NCBI GenBank assembly: GCA_963667845.2
Contig: CAXXVL010000002.1
Span: 3,392,001 to 3,456,000 of the forward strand
From: Smithellaceae bacterium
GTDB lineage: Bacteria > Desulfobacterota > Syntrophia > Syntrophales > Smithellaceae
Direction: 5' to 3'
Length of the DNA: 64,000 nucleotides
The notes beneath the pieces are model-generated. The model did not search any database, was not told where the DNA came from, and saw only the letters and a program-made list of their open reading frames with translations. Positions 19,656-29,647 of the stretch are shown one piece after another. Numbering within the stretch: position 1 is the stretch's first letter; each line of letters begins with the position of its first letter. A program made the position numbers and the translations under genes.

Positions 19656-21452
19656 TTATTTTCGTTTAAACATTCTTTCGATTTCATAAAGAGAAAATTG
19701 CACACTGATCGGACGTCCATGAGGACACGTTGCGTTATACGGCGTTTTTTCCAGATCCCGGCACAGAGCCGCGACTTCCTGGGCCGAAAGAACCGCATTG
19801 GCCTTAATCGCCGCGCGGCAGGCGAGCTGGGCCAGGATCTTTTCCCTGCGCTCCTCGAGCGATAGATCTTTCCGTTCATCGCCCAGTTGATCGGCCAGAT
19901 CGGAAATGATGTCGCCGGGCGGGACATGCGGCAGGCACGCCGGCATGGCCTTCACCACAATCGCATCCCGTCCGAATATTTCAAGCTCCAGTCCGATATC
20001 GCTGAGGGTGGATCGCGCGCTTTCGAAAAGACTGATCTGGGCCGGATTGATGCCGACAACTTCCGGCATGAGCAAAGGCTGGCTTATCGATTTTTCTGCG
20101 GTCGCTTTTTTCAAACGCTCCAGGATAATCCTTTCATGCGCCGCGTGCTGATCCACCAGCATCACACCGTCAGAACCTGCAAAGACCAGGTACGTTCCGG
20201 CAAACTGGCCCAGATAGCTGCGGTTCGCAAATGTAATGGGTTCTCCCGAAGAGCCATCCTCAACGCGGAGAGCGCTGTCCGCCGGACTTCCCGTGCGCGC
20301 AAACAAATCCTCTTCAATCGCCTGTCGCAGATTCTGCCGCGAATAAATCTCCCGCGGGAGCTCGGCAGATGAATAAGGATCTCTCGGCCTCCAGAATCCG
20401 GAGGAAACGGATGATGATTCCCGGGACGTCAGACGATAAGCAAGCGCGTCGCGGGAGATTTGCGTGCCGGCGAGACTTTTCGCCACGGTCTTCGAGATGA
20501 GATCATAAATCTCCCGGGAATTCCGAAAACGGACTTCCAGTTTGGCGGGGTGAACATTGATATCAACGTCCTCTCCCGGCAGTTCCAGGAATATAACCGC
20601 CGCCGGATAGCGGCGGGGTTCAATCACCTGACGGTAAGCGGCAAGAACCGCATGGGTCATGCTGTTGTCCCGGATAAAACGGGCGTTCACGTATAAATAA
20701 ATATTTTTGGAGTTGGATTTTGTAAATTCCGGCGGGGAAATAAAACCGGCGATCCGCAGATGGTCCGTCTCGGCACGAATCGCCAGAGAGCGGCTCGTAA
20801 ACTCGTTTCCCATAACCATGCCGATCCGCTCCGAGACATCTGCCGCGACGGGCGCCGCAAATACTTCCCTCCCATCGGCCGTAACAATAAAGCGGACTTC
20901 CGGATGCGCCAGCGCCAGGCGCGTAACGGCGTCGAGGCATGCGCTTTGTTCAGTGGCCTCGGTCTTGAGAAACTTGCGGCGCGCCGGCACATTGGCAAAT
21001 AGTTTCGTTACGGTGATCTGCGTTCCGGGGGGCAAGCCGGCAGGCGTAATTTCCGAAATGACGGCGCCTTCGGCGATCGCCTTCGTTCCCGCCAAATCGT
21101 CTTTCCGCCGGGTCAGCATCTCCACGCGTGCGACGGAAGCGATGCTCGCCATGGCCTCGCCGCGGAAGCCGAATGATCCGGCCGAGTATATATCCTCGAG
21201 TTTCGAAATTTTACTGGTGGCATGACGCTCGAAAACGAGCGCAACATCTTCGTGCTCAATGCCCGAACCGTTATCGGCAACTCGGATGGACTCACAGCCT
21301 CCTTGGGAAAGTTCCACGCGGATATCGCGCGCTCCGGCATCGATTGCGTTTTCAACCAGTTCCTTGACAATCGATGCCGGTCTCTCCACCACTTCTCCGG
21401 CGGCGATCTGGTTTGCGACTTCTTCGGATAGAACAACGATACGTTTTGACAC
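19656..21452 (-). CDS. mutL: DNA mismatch repair protein MutL (GTG start)
   Basis: NQIAAGEVVERP, KELVENAIDAG, GFRGEA, DQHAAHER, ACRAAIK, CPHGRP. Confidence 0.97.
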   Translation of the reverse strand: MSKRIVVLSEEVANQIAAGEVVERPASIVKELVENAIDAGARDIRVELSQGGCESIRVADNGSGIEHEDVALVFERHATSKISKLEDIYSAGSFGFRGEAMASIASVARVEMLTRRKDDLAGTKAIAEGAVISEITPAGLPPGTQITVTKLFANVPARRKFLKTEATEQSACLDAVTRLALAHPEVRFIVTADGREVFAAPVAADVSERIGMVMGNEFTSRSLAIRAETDHLRIAGFISPPEFTKSNSKNIYLYVNARFIRDNSMTHAVLAAYRQVIEPRRYPAAVIFLELPGEDVDINVHPAKLEVRFRNSREIYDLISKTVAKSLAGTQISRDALAYRLTSRESSSVSSGFWRPRDPYSSAELPREIYSRQNLRQAIEEDLFARTGSPADSALRVEDGSSGEPITFANRSYLGQFAGTYLVFAGSDGVMLVDQHAAHERIILERLKKATAEKSISQPLLMPEVVGINPAQISLFESARSTLSDIGLELEIFGRDAIVVKAMPACLPHVPPGDIISDLADQLGDERKDLSLEERREKILAQLACRAAIKANAVLSAQEVAALCRDLEKTPYNATCPHGRPISVQFSLYEIERMFKRK

Positions 21453-21489
21453 TGGCTTCCCTTTTCGCGCTCTCTCTATTTCTTCACCG

Positions 21490-21538
21490 AAAAAAAGCCG
21501 CAGCCACCAAGGTATTCGTGACTGCGGCCTCGTTTTTT
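21490..21538 (-). terminator. Intrinsic terminator downstream of the LPP20-like gene
   Basis: Stem GCCGCAGCCAC/GTGACTGCGGC flanked by an A7 run and a T run. Confidence 0.65.
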
Positions 21539-21540
21539 CC

Positions 21541-21677
21541 AACGTTCATACCCTGTTGCATTCAAAAGATCAGCTTCGGCAAGGAGGAGGCTCCGCAGGC
21601 GTATTATTTATACGTTGGGGAAGCCGACGACACACCAACAAAGTTAGCCGAAGAATGCGACTTGGTATCCCGTTCTA
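21541..21677. mobile_element. Degenerate MITE-like palindromic element
   Basis: Imperfect terminal inverted repeats AACGttcATACCctGTtGCATTC / GAATGCgACttGGTATccCGTT; inner CTTCGGC/GCCGAAG; central hairpin; abuts a TAG stop. Confidence 0.5.
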
Positions 21678-22565
21678 ATCCAGAACGATCATCACCCGGC
21701 ATTTCTTCATAAACGACGCATTCTCCGCCGACGCGCGTATCTGACCTGCATCGGCATTGCTGATCACGAGGTCGGATTTCCCGGCGCCGCCGGTTTTCAG
21801 CGCCTTCACGGTCACGGGATTGGCCGTCACACGCTGATTGCTCTGGGCCGACGTGAGGTCGCGGGCATACCCGCTCATCCCCTGCTGGACCGCGTATTCA
21901 CGATCCACATTGGCGGAACCGTAAATTTCCTTGCCTTCCTCGTCATAGATGCGCGGAGACATGGCCGGACGCGCCCCGATGCCGCGGGCGTCGATCACCA
22001 GCCCGGTATAGGCCACAGGCGCGGGAGGCGGCGCGGTAACGGCGGGAGCGGGAGTAGCAGGCGCTGGCGCAGCCGGTGCGGGCGGCGGGACGGCCTTGCG
22101 CTTCTCAATGGCCAGGGGGACTACGATCTGCGACAGATTGCCGTAAAGGGGCATTCTCAGCCGGACTTCCACGGTTCCGTCGGACATGTATTGCTGATCA
22201 ACAACCTGCGCGCCTTTCACAAGGCCCTCGACCTGCGTATTGACGACATCGCTCTCCACCGTAAAGTCCCTGACGGTGGTTCTGGCATCCACCTGGACCC
22301 CCTTGGTTATTTCCAGGATATTGCGATAAGCGTCGACTTTCGCCGCGCGCAGAGCCATCGGGCGCGCGTTGATCTTCCCAATGCTCCGGTCCGGCGGCGC
22401 GCCGATCCCGACTGCTTCAATATAGCCTGCCGACCAGTTTACGGAACCCTGACCGACTTTATCCACCCATTCGGACATACTGACCGTATTCTGGCAAAAG
22501 CCAGCCTGTGCCAATAATAATAGCATCCCCGCCCCAACGGTCACGGAAATAAATCTAAACTTCAT
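21675..22565 (-). CDS. Secreted LPP20-like protein
   Basis: Signal peptide; AVGIGAPP...ALRAAKVDAYRNILE...GVQVD; Pro/Ala linker; YTGLVIDARG...PAMSPRI. Confidence 0.7.
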   Translation of the reverse strand: MKFRFISVTVGAGMLLLLAQAGFCQNTVSMSEWVDKVGQGSVNWSAGYIEAVGIGAPPDRSIGKINARPMALRAAKVDAYRNILEITKGVQVDARTTVRDFTVESDVVNTQVEGLVKGAQVVDQQYMSDGTVEVRLRMPLYGNLSQIVVPLAIEKRKAVPPPAPAAPAPATPAPAVTAPPPAPVAYTGLVIDARGIGARPAMSPRIYDEEGKEIYGSANVDREYAVQQGMSGYARDLTSAQSNQRVTANPVTVKALKTGGAGKSDLVISNADAGQIRASAENASFMKKCRVMIVLD

Positions 22566-22879
22566 GGTATCCTCCTTTGGTTGATCATCTTAAAAGCAAT
22601 CGAATCTCTGAAAGTCGCCATAAAACTAACAAAATATTCTTCAGGTTGCAATAAGAATCGAGCATGAATACACTACACCGGATCGCCAAGAGTTATGCTT
22701 GAAAGTCGCATGTTTATGTGATAGTTGACTGCAACTGATTCGATATATCAGCATAATCAGCCAAGGAACGTTTCCGGGCCCGTGTCACCCCCTGGTGGTC
22801 AGGTTACCGATTGTTCTCTACCGACAACAAATTGCGGTTTAGCCGCTATTTTTTTTGAATGAAAACAGGAGCAGCAAAA

Positions 22880-25669
22880 ATGGATTACAAACAGACATTA
22901 AATCTTCCGCAAACGGCTTTTCCCATGAAAGCCAATCTGGCCGTGCGCGAACCGGAAATGCTCGATCAGTGGGCCAAAATGGATATTTACAAAAGAATCC
23001 GGGCCATGGCCTCGGGCAAGCAGCCTTATATTCTGCATGACGGACCTCCTTACGCCAACGGCAATATCCACCTGGGTACGGCGCTCAATAAGATCATCAA
23101 AGACATCGTCATCAAAGCCAAAAATATGACCGGCTTCGACGGCGTGTACGTACCGGGCTGGGACTGCCACGGACTGCCCATCGAACATCAGGTGGACAAA
23201 GAACTGGGGGCGAAGAAACAAACCATGACGCAGGTGGAAAAACGCCGCGCCTGCCGCACCTACGCGGAAAAATTTGTGGACACTCAACGCGCACAGTTTA
23301 AGCGCCTCGGTGTCTTCGGCGAATGGGAAAATCCCTATCTGACGATGGCCTATCCATACGAAGCCACGACGGTCAACGAATTCGGAAAGCTCTACCTCAA
23401 AGGCAGCGTCTATAAAGGAAAGAAACCCGTATACTGGTGCGCCTCCTGCAGAACGGCGCTGGCCGAAGCGGAAGTGGAATATGCCGATCACCGCACGCCG
23501 TCTATTTATGTAAAATTCACGTTCGTCTCCGATATCGCTTCCGTGCTGCCGAAGCTGGCCTCGCAGAAAGTCAGCATGGTCATCTGGACGACCACACCCT
23601 GGACGATTCCCGCCAACCTGGCCATTGCCGTCAAAGACGACTTCATCTACGCTGCAGTAAAAATCAATGATGAAGTGCTCATTGTGGCCAAGGATATGCT
23701 GGATTACTGCCTGGACGCATTCGGGTATCGCGGCAAACCTTACGAAATTCTCGATGAGTTCAAGGGCGAAGTCCTCGAAGGCCAGAAATGCATGCATCCC
23801 CTGGTGAAGAGGCACAGCGTTTTGATTCTGGCCCCCTTTGTCACGCTGGAGGCCGGAACCGGCGCGGTGCATATCGCCCCCGGCCACGGCCAGGAAGACT
23901 ATGAAATCGGGCTGGAATACGGGCTGGACAACTATGCGCCGGTGGATGAGGCAGGGAGATTCACGGAAGACGTTGAACACTTCGCCGGCCAGTTCGTGTT
24001 TGACGCCAACGATAACGTCATTAAAAAACTGGACGAAGTCGGAGCATTGATGGGGCACGTGCCCATGCAGCATTCCTACCCACACTGCTGGCGCTGCAAG
24101 AAGCCGATCATTTTCCGCTCGACCGAACAGTGGTTCATCTCGATGGAGAAGAACGACCTTCGCAAAAAAGCGCTCGCCGCTATCAACGAAGTACAGTGGA
24201 TTCCCGCGTGGGGACGCGACCGCATTTACGGCATGGTGGAAAACCGACCGGACTGGTGTATTTCCCGGCAGCGTCTGTGGGGCGTGCCGATCACGATATT
24301 CTACTGCGCAAAATGCAAAAATGAAGTTCTGACCAGGGAAATCCTCGATCACCTGGTGGCCTTAGTGGAAAAAGACGGCGCGGATGTGTGGTTTGAAAAA
24401 GAACCCAAATATCTGATGCCCAAACACACGACCTGTCCGCACTGTCACGCAACCGAATTTACCAAAGAGGTCAATATTCTGGATGTGTGGTTTGACTCCG
24501 GCGTGAGCCATGCGGCGGTATTGGAAAAACGACCTGATTTGCAGTCGCCTTGCGATATGTATCTGGAGGGAAACGATCAGCACCGGGGCTGGTTTCATTC
24601 ATCACTGCTGGAATGCGTGGGAACCCGGGGACGTGCCCCCTACAAAAGTGTTCTGACGCACGGCATGGTTGTTGACGGCGAAGGCAAGAAGATGTCCAAG
24701 TCCGTCGGTAACGTGATCGGCGCTGAAGAAGGCATTGCCAAATACGGCGCAGAAATTCTCAGACTCTGGGTGGCGGCGGAAGACTATACCGATGACATCC
24801 GCATTTCCGAAGAAATTCTCAAACGCCTGATGGAAGCGTATCGCCGCATCCGCAATACCAGCCGATTCATTCTGGGTAATCTGTATGATTTTAAACCGGA
24901 CGCGGACAGCCTGCCTTATGAACAAATGCTGGAAATGGACCGGTGGGCGCTTAATCGTCTGCAGGAAGTTATCAAACGGGTTACCGAAGCCTATGAACGC
25001 CATCAGTTTCACATGGCCTTCTATACGCTGTATAACTATTGCACGGTCGATTTGAGCGCGCTCTATTTGGATGTTTTAAAAGACCGGCTCTACACGAGCA
25101 AAGCCGCCTCCCCGGCGCGCCGATCCGGACAGACGGCGATGTTCACCATCCTCAACGCCATGACCCGACTGCTCGCACCGATCCTGACCTTCACATCCGA
25201 AGAAGTATGGGCGGCGCTGCCCTCCTGGACGGGCAAAGAGGAAAGTGTTCATCTGACGCAGTTTCCGCAGGTCAACAAAGCGTATGTAAACGTGGACCTT
25301 GGTGAACGCTGGAAGGTTATGATTGACGCCAAGGCGGAAATCGCCAAGGCCGTGGAACAGGCCCGCAAGGATAAAGTGATCGGCCATTCGCTGGATGCGC
25401 GCATCAGCATTGCCGCGCCGGAAAAGATGCGGACTTTGTTTGAAACGCATCGGGAAGATCTGCGCGCACTTCTAATCGTCTCGCAGCTTCAGCTGGTCGA
25501 TGAAAAAGACATCGCCAGTCCGTACCAAAGCGAAGAAATCAAAGGCCTGTCCGTTGGTGTGGAAAAGGCGCACGGCGCCAAATGTGAACGCTGCTGGATT
25601 TATGAAGAGTCGGTCGGCTCCGATCCCCAGCATCCGACCGTCTGCGGCCGCTGTCTATCGAATCTTTAA
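22880..25669 (+). CDS. ileS: Isoleucine-tRNA ligase (type 1)
   Basis: HDGPPYANGNIHLG, GWDCHGLPIE, WTTTPWT, DWCISRQR, KMSKS, C-terminal CERCW...CGRC. Confidence 0.98.
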   Translation: MDYKQTLNLPQTAFPMKANLAVREPEMLDQWAKMDIYKRIRAMASGKQPYILHDGPPYANGNIHLGTALNKIIKDIVIKAKNMTGFDGVYVPGWDCHGLPIEHQVDKELGAKKQTMTQVEKRRACRTYAEKFVDTQRAQFKRLGVFGEWENPYLTMAYPYEATTVNEFGKLYLKGSVYKGKKPVYWCASCRTALAEAEVEYADHRTPSIYVKFTFVSDIASVLPKLASQKVSMVIWTTTPWTIPANLAIAVKDDFIYAAVKINDEVLIVAKDMLDYCLDAFGYRGKPYEILDEFKGEVLEGQKCMHPLVKRHSVLILAPFVTLEAGTGAVHIAPGHGQEDYEIGLEYGLDNYAPVDEAGRFTEDVEHFAGQFVFDANDNVIKKLDEVGALMGHVPMQHSYPHCWRCKKPIIFRSTEQWFISMEKNDLRKKALAAINEVQWIPAWGRDRIYGMVENRPDWCISRQRLWGVPITIFYCAKCKNEVLTREILDHLVALVEKDGADVWFEKEPKYLMPKHTTCPHCHATEFTKEVNILDVWFDSGVSHAAVLEKRPDLQSPCDMYLEGNDQHRGWFHSSLLECVGTRGRAPYKSVLTHGMVVDGEGKKMSKSVGNVIGAEEGIAKYGAEILRLWVAAEDYTDDIRISEEILKRLMEAYRRIRNTSRFILGNLYDFKPDADSLPYEQMLEMDRWALNRLQEVIKRVTEAYERHQFHMAFYTLYNYCTVDLSALYLDVLKDRLYTSKAASPARRSGQTAMFTILNAMTRLLAPILTFTSEEVWAALPSWTGKEESVHLTQFPQVNKAYVNVDLGERWKVMIDAKAEIAKAVEQARKDKVIGHSLDARISIAAPEKMRTLFETHREDLRALLIVSQLQLVDEKDIASPYQSEEIKGLSVGVEKAHGAKCERCWIYEESVGSDPQHPTVCGRCLSNL

Positions 25670-25673
25670 ACGG

Positions 25674-25715
25674 GTTCAAGGCTCAAGGTGCAAGGGACAA
25701 GGGACAAGGGACAAG
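25674..25715 (+). repeat. Six tandem heptamers GNNCAAG between ileS and lspA
   Basis: GTTCAAG GCTCAAG GTGCAAG GGACAAG GGACAAG GGACAAG. Confidence 0.85.
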
Positions 25716-25724
25716 GAGAATTTT

Positions 25725-26222
25725 TTGAAAAAGAATCTTTTGATATTCGTTCTGGGCGCAGTGGTTGTGATTGTGCTGGATCAACTCACAAAATCGGTTA
25801 TCACGGCACACTTTGCGCTTCATGAAGTGTTTCCGGTGATTCCCGGTTTCTTTAATCTGGTATATGTCCTGAACCCCGGCGCGGCATTCGGTTTTCTGGC
25901 TAATGCCTCCGAAACCTTCCGTTATGTCTTCTTCACCGGGGTGACGGTTCTGGCGGCGGGTTTGATTATTTTTTATCTTGTCAAAAGCCACCCGCGAAAC
26001 CTGATTCTGGCGGGCTCTCTCACTTTGATTTTCGGCGGGGCGGTCGGCAACTTAATCGACCGGCTGCGCGTAGGCGCCGTCGTGGATTTTCTGGATGTCT
26101 TCGTCGGCTCTTTGCACTGGCCGGCTTTCAACGTGGCGGATTCCGCCATCACCGTGGGCGCGATACTGATGATCTGGGAAATGATCCTGAACAGGAAAGA
26201 AAAACAAGCCGGGGTAAAATAA
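25725..26222 (+). CDS. lspA: Lipoprotein signal peptidase (TTG start after AAGGAG)
   Basis: DQLTK, NPGAAFG, GGAVGNLIDR, VVDFL, WPAFNVADSAI; canonical ileS-lspA order. Confidence 0.96.
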   Translation: MKKNLLIFVLGAVVVIVLDQLTKSVITAHFALHEVFPVIPGFFNLVYVLNPGAAFGFLANASETFRYVFFTGVTVLAAGLIIFYLVKSHPRNLILAGSLTLIFGGAVGNLIDRLRVGAVVDFLDVFVGSLHWPAFNVADSAITVGAILMIWEMILNRKEKQAGVK

Positions 26223-26226
26223 GCGC

Positions 26227-27057
26227 TTACGCCTTTTGATCCTTAACGTTGTCTTTTTCGTTTACGTCAATTCCAGCTGCAACCGCCAGTATGTCCTTAA
26301 GCGAAATATCCGGATGGTGATAGCGTTTCTTCGTCCGGGTCCCTTTTCCGTATTGAATCGCTTCTTCCGGGCACCACTGAATACACGCAAAACATTGTTC
26401 GCACCGATGCAGCCAAACGGGTTTGCCTTCCTCCAACCGGATATTTGCGGCGGGACATATTTTTGCACAAATTCCGCACGACGAGCATTTTTCATCGGCA
26501 AAAAAAGACTTATCCATCCGCGGAACATGCGGCAGAGATTTTTTATAAATCATCGACAAGATCAAATTCTGCAAAAAGGGACCCGCCTCCGGCCGGAGGC
26601 TCACCCTGTCGCGGACAGCCTCTGCGATCCGCTCAATCTTCGCGAGAGCAACGGCCATCTTTTTCTGCTGTTTGTCCTGTGCGATGGCTCCGCCCCAGGG
26701 AATATAATTACTGGGAAGATCAATGGAAAAGCCGGACGACAGATGAAGGTTTTTCGCGTTCAGGATCTTTTGCAGCTGAAGAAGTGTTGCTGCGACCTGA
26801 CCGGCATTAACGGCCACGCCAAAAATATACTGCGCCGAAGCAGCTTCCAGATTTTGAAGAAATTCGATGACGGGCGACGGCACGCCCCAGATATGTACCG
26901 GAAAAACCAGACCGATGGCTTCTGAGTCGCAATGAAATACCTTGTTCCGGTATCGGCTGAGAGCAATCAACTCCGCCCGGTCAAGAAAACCGGCAATTTT
27001 TTCGGCCGTCCAGAGGGAATTTCCCGTTCCCGTATAAAAAAATAGAGTTGTTTTCAT
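26227..27057 (-). CDS. EFR1-family flavodoxin-like/2x[4Fe-4S] ferredoxin protein
   Basis: YTGTGNS, GLVFPVH, PSNYIP, CSSCGICAKICP and CEQCFACIQWCP, RYHHP. Confidence 0.88.
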   Translation of the reverse strand: MKTTLFFYTGTGNSLWTAEKIAGFLDRAELIALSRYRNKVFHCDSEAIGLVFPVHIWGVPSPVIEFLQNLEAASAQYIFGVAVNAGQVAATLLQLQKILNAKNLHLSSGFSIDLPSNYIPWGGAIAQDKQQKKMAVALAKIERIAEAVRDRVSLRPEAGPFLQNLILSMIYKKSLPHVPRMDKSFFADEKCSSCGICAKICPAANIRLEEGKPVWLHRCEQCFACIQWCPEEAIQYGKGTRTKKRYHHPDISLKDILAVAAGIDVNEKDNVKDQKA

Positions 27058-27503
27058 CAGGGAGATGATTTGAGCACCCGGTCATAGACCGCCTCGGAAA
27101 ACCCATACACCTGATTCCGGTTAATGATGGCAAACGGTACGTCGGTGCCGTTGTCTATTGCTTTTCTTTTAACAGCGGCCGTCTGGTCATTATCCATATT
27201 ATATTCCGTGAAGGTCAGATTACGGGCAGTAAGGAAGTCTCTGGCCTTGTCGCAGTCCGGGCAATCATTCTTCGTATACAGGGTGATGACCATTTTCGTT
27301 TCCGTCTTCGCCTGCGGATCTGCCTGACCGGCAGGAGCATTTTTTTCATGGAGCTTGACATTGCGACTTTTCAGGTTGGCCGGCGGCGGATAATCGGTAA
27401 TATGCGACACGCCGGATTCATCTTCCCAAGTGTAAAAATCAGCATAGACCATCGCGGTAAACGCGATCACGAATGCCAATGCAAACAACCAATACCTTTT
27501 CAT
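27057..27503 (-). CDS. Exported DUF4124 + glutaredoxin domain protein
   Basis: Signal peptide; YTWEDESGVSHITDYPP; LYTKNDCPDC...VP...GFS. Confidence 0.85.
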   Translation of the reverse strand: MKRYWLFALAFVIAFTAMVYADFYTWEDESGVSHITDYPPPANLKSRNVKLHEKNAPAGQADPQAKTETKMVITLYTKNDCPDCDKARDFLTARNLTFTEYNMDNDQTAAVKRKAIDNGTDVPFAIINRNQVYGFSEAVYDRVLKSSP

Positions 27504-27517
27504 AAAATCTCCAATTC

Positions 27518-29647
27518 TTATCGCCGCAACCGAATATCGGGCAATTTAAGATCAAACTCCTGCCAGGTTTCCCTTCTGCCGTCTTGATAATAGATGAACG
27601 GATGAAGGTTAATCCCTACCGTCTTCACCTTAGACGGAACATTCTTGAAAATCAACTCCATGGTGACGGAGCTCTGCGGCGGGATTTCGACCCCGCGGCC
27701 CCGGCTGTCTATTTCCATCATCAATTTTTTTTGAGCCCCCTGCCAGACATAAGCGTGAGCCGGATCACAGGAATTGGCCGATTCCGCACGAACCTTGGAA
27801 CGGGGCCAGGACTTGGGAAAGCTCTCATCGTAGAAGGCAACCTTGCGGATCGCCGGATCGGTATTGATGACTTCGACGAGTATCCGAAGACCATCCTGCG
27901 TAACACCGGCGCTGCGCAGTTCAAACAGGCACCCGAGAGCGTCTTTTACCGCCAACGGCCGGTAGGTTCGCTTGAAGGCCGGAACGGGTTTGGGTTTAGC
28001 CGTCGGCTGCGGAATCGGGGCTGTTGCTCTGGGCTCGGGCGCCGTCGGGACCACCGCGGGGACGACCACCGGCTCATCGTAGGTCTTTGCCAGGGGCCGG
28101 TCATCCGTCTTGACCGCTTCGTCGGCGACAGGCTGCTCCTCCAGAACGGTCCGCACGCGAAACGCCATTTTAACCCGGACACTGTCCCCTTCGTTAACAA
28201 AAGATATGAGGCGGATCGCTGTAATTCTGGCTTCCGTTATGGACTGCCGGGCCATCTCCGATGATACCTGAAAATTCGTTACTTCGGTCGCCGAGCTTGA
28301 ATGCTGGGTCTTGGCATCGTTCTTTACTTCGACGAGCTTATCGAGAATGACTTCCGCTGATGCTTCAGCCGGCGTCTGAGAACCCTTCGTGGCGGCCAGT
28401 GCTGTTTTGATAATGATGGATTCATGAATGCGTTTTTTCTCATGGAGAGCGGCCTGCGCCTGCTGGAACCATCTTTCGGCCTGATCTTTCTTCTCCCGGA
28501 CCGCCGTGACATCGAGGCTGAGTTTGTAATAACTTTCTTCCCGCCGTTTCTGCTGGACTTTCTGCGTTTCTCTTTCCGTTTTCGCCTGGCTGATTTTGCT
28601 TTGCAGATTCAGAATGCGATCCTGGAACGTCTTCACCTGCTCGTTCAAACTCTCTTCCGCAGCAGCGTTGCCCTGGACCGTATTGGCAATGATTTTGTTC
28701 GCGCGGTCCAGGTCATAATTGCCCGCCGCATATTGATTGCCCGTCAGAAACGCCTCCAGGTCTTTACGGGATTGAATCACGGCGGCCCGATACCCGGTCC
28801 CGGTCCCTGTTTTTACCTTGCCGGCTTTGTTTTCCTGAAAAGGATACAACTCATACCGCTTCAGTCTCAAATAGGATGTGCCCTTGACATTTTTATCCAG
28901 TTCAATCCGGATGGGCTCTTCATTATTCCATTTGGCGGTCCCTTCTTCCGTGGCACGAATAAAGTCGATCGTTGCCACGTTATTGATTGCCCGGGTAAAG
29001 GACTGAATGTACGTCCCCATGTGAGCGGCAATGAGGGGCGCCGAGGCGACATCCGCTTTTGCCTCCAGAGCATGAGCGCTGTCGCGGAAGCCGCGCGTGT
29101 AAATCACGGCAACCAGGATTTCTCCCTGTTTCTCCGTCTGCAGCCAGCGCTTGAGGGAATCCTGCTGCGCTTTGATGTCCTGTTCGTAACGGGCAATCTG
29201 GCCGTCCAGGTTTTCAATGGTCGAACGAATGGTTTTGATGCCTTTGGCGGATTCATCCAGATCCGTAGACACCATCTGAAACTGCGACGTGGCATCGTCA
29301 CGCCTTTTCTTGGAGCGGACAAATTCCCTGTTGGCGCCGATGATGGCGTTTTTGTAATCGGAATCTTCCCTTTCCTTTTCATCTTCGACGGATTTGAGGT
29401 TGGTCCTCTCTTCCTGCTTCGTGGAAAACGACTCGCGGCTGTCCACTTCCGAGCGGATAATTTCTCTCACCGTGTCGCGGGAATCCGTGGAAAGTGTAAC
29501 CCATCTTAAAGCTGATTGCTGCTGCGCTTGCTTGGGTGACGGTGACGGTGGCGGCTGCGTCTGGCTTTTTGCCGCCCCGGAGGCGGCGCCGGCAAACGCA
29601 AACAGAAATACTAAAATAAATGGCAAGTGGATTTTGTATTTCGGCAT
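27518..29647 (-). CDS. Hypothetical exported coiled-coil protein (709 aa)
   Basis: Signal peptide, two long heptad-rich segments, Pro-rich linker, beta-rich C-terminal domain. Confidence 0.7.
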   Translation of the reverse strand: MPKYKIHLPFILVFLFAFAGAASGAAKSQTQPPPSPSPKQAQQQSALRWVTLSTDSRDTVREIIRSEVDSRESFSTKQEERTNLKSVEDEKEREDSDYKNAIIGANREFVRSKKRRDDATSQFQMVSTDLDESAKGIKTIRSTIENLDGQIARYEQDIKAQQDSLKRWLQTEKQGEILVAVIYTRGFRDSAHALEAKADVASAPLIAAHMGTYIQSFTRAINNVATIDFIRATEEGTAKWNNEEPIRIELDKNVKGTSYLRLKRYELYPFQENKAGKVKTGTGTGYRAAVIQSRKDLEAFLTGNQYAAGNYDLDRANKIIANTVQGNAAAEESLNEQVKTFQDRILNLQSKISQAKTERETQKVQQKRREESYYKLSLDVTAVREKKDQAERWFQQAQAALHEKKRIHESIIIKTALAATKGSQTPAEASAEVILDKLVEVKNDAKTQHSSSATEVTNFQVSSEMARQSITEARITAIRLISFVNEGDSVRVKMAFRVRTVLEEQPVADEAVKTDDRPLAKTYDEPVVVPAVVPTAPEPRATAPIPQPTAKPKPVPAFKRTYRPLAVKDALGCLFELRSAGVTQDGLRILVEVINTDPAIRKVAFYDESFPKSWPRSKVRAESANSCDPAHAYVWQGAQKKLMMEIDSRGRGVEIPPQSSVTMELIFKNVPSKVKTVGINLHPFIYYQDGRRETWQEFDLKLPDIRLRR

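Noticed and set aside
19655..19927. N-terminal extension of the miaA ORF (similar extensions on mutL, lspA, glpC, the prenyltransferase and znuA)
   Set aside because: Longest-ORF artefacts; family homology and RBS positions indicate downstream starts
22898..24352. 484-aa minus-strand ORF
   Set aside because: Antisense shadow of ileS
28424..29509. 361-aa plus-strand ORF
   Set aside because: Antisense shadow of the coiled-coil gene
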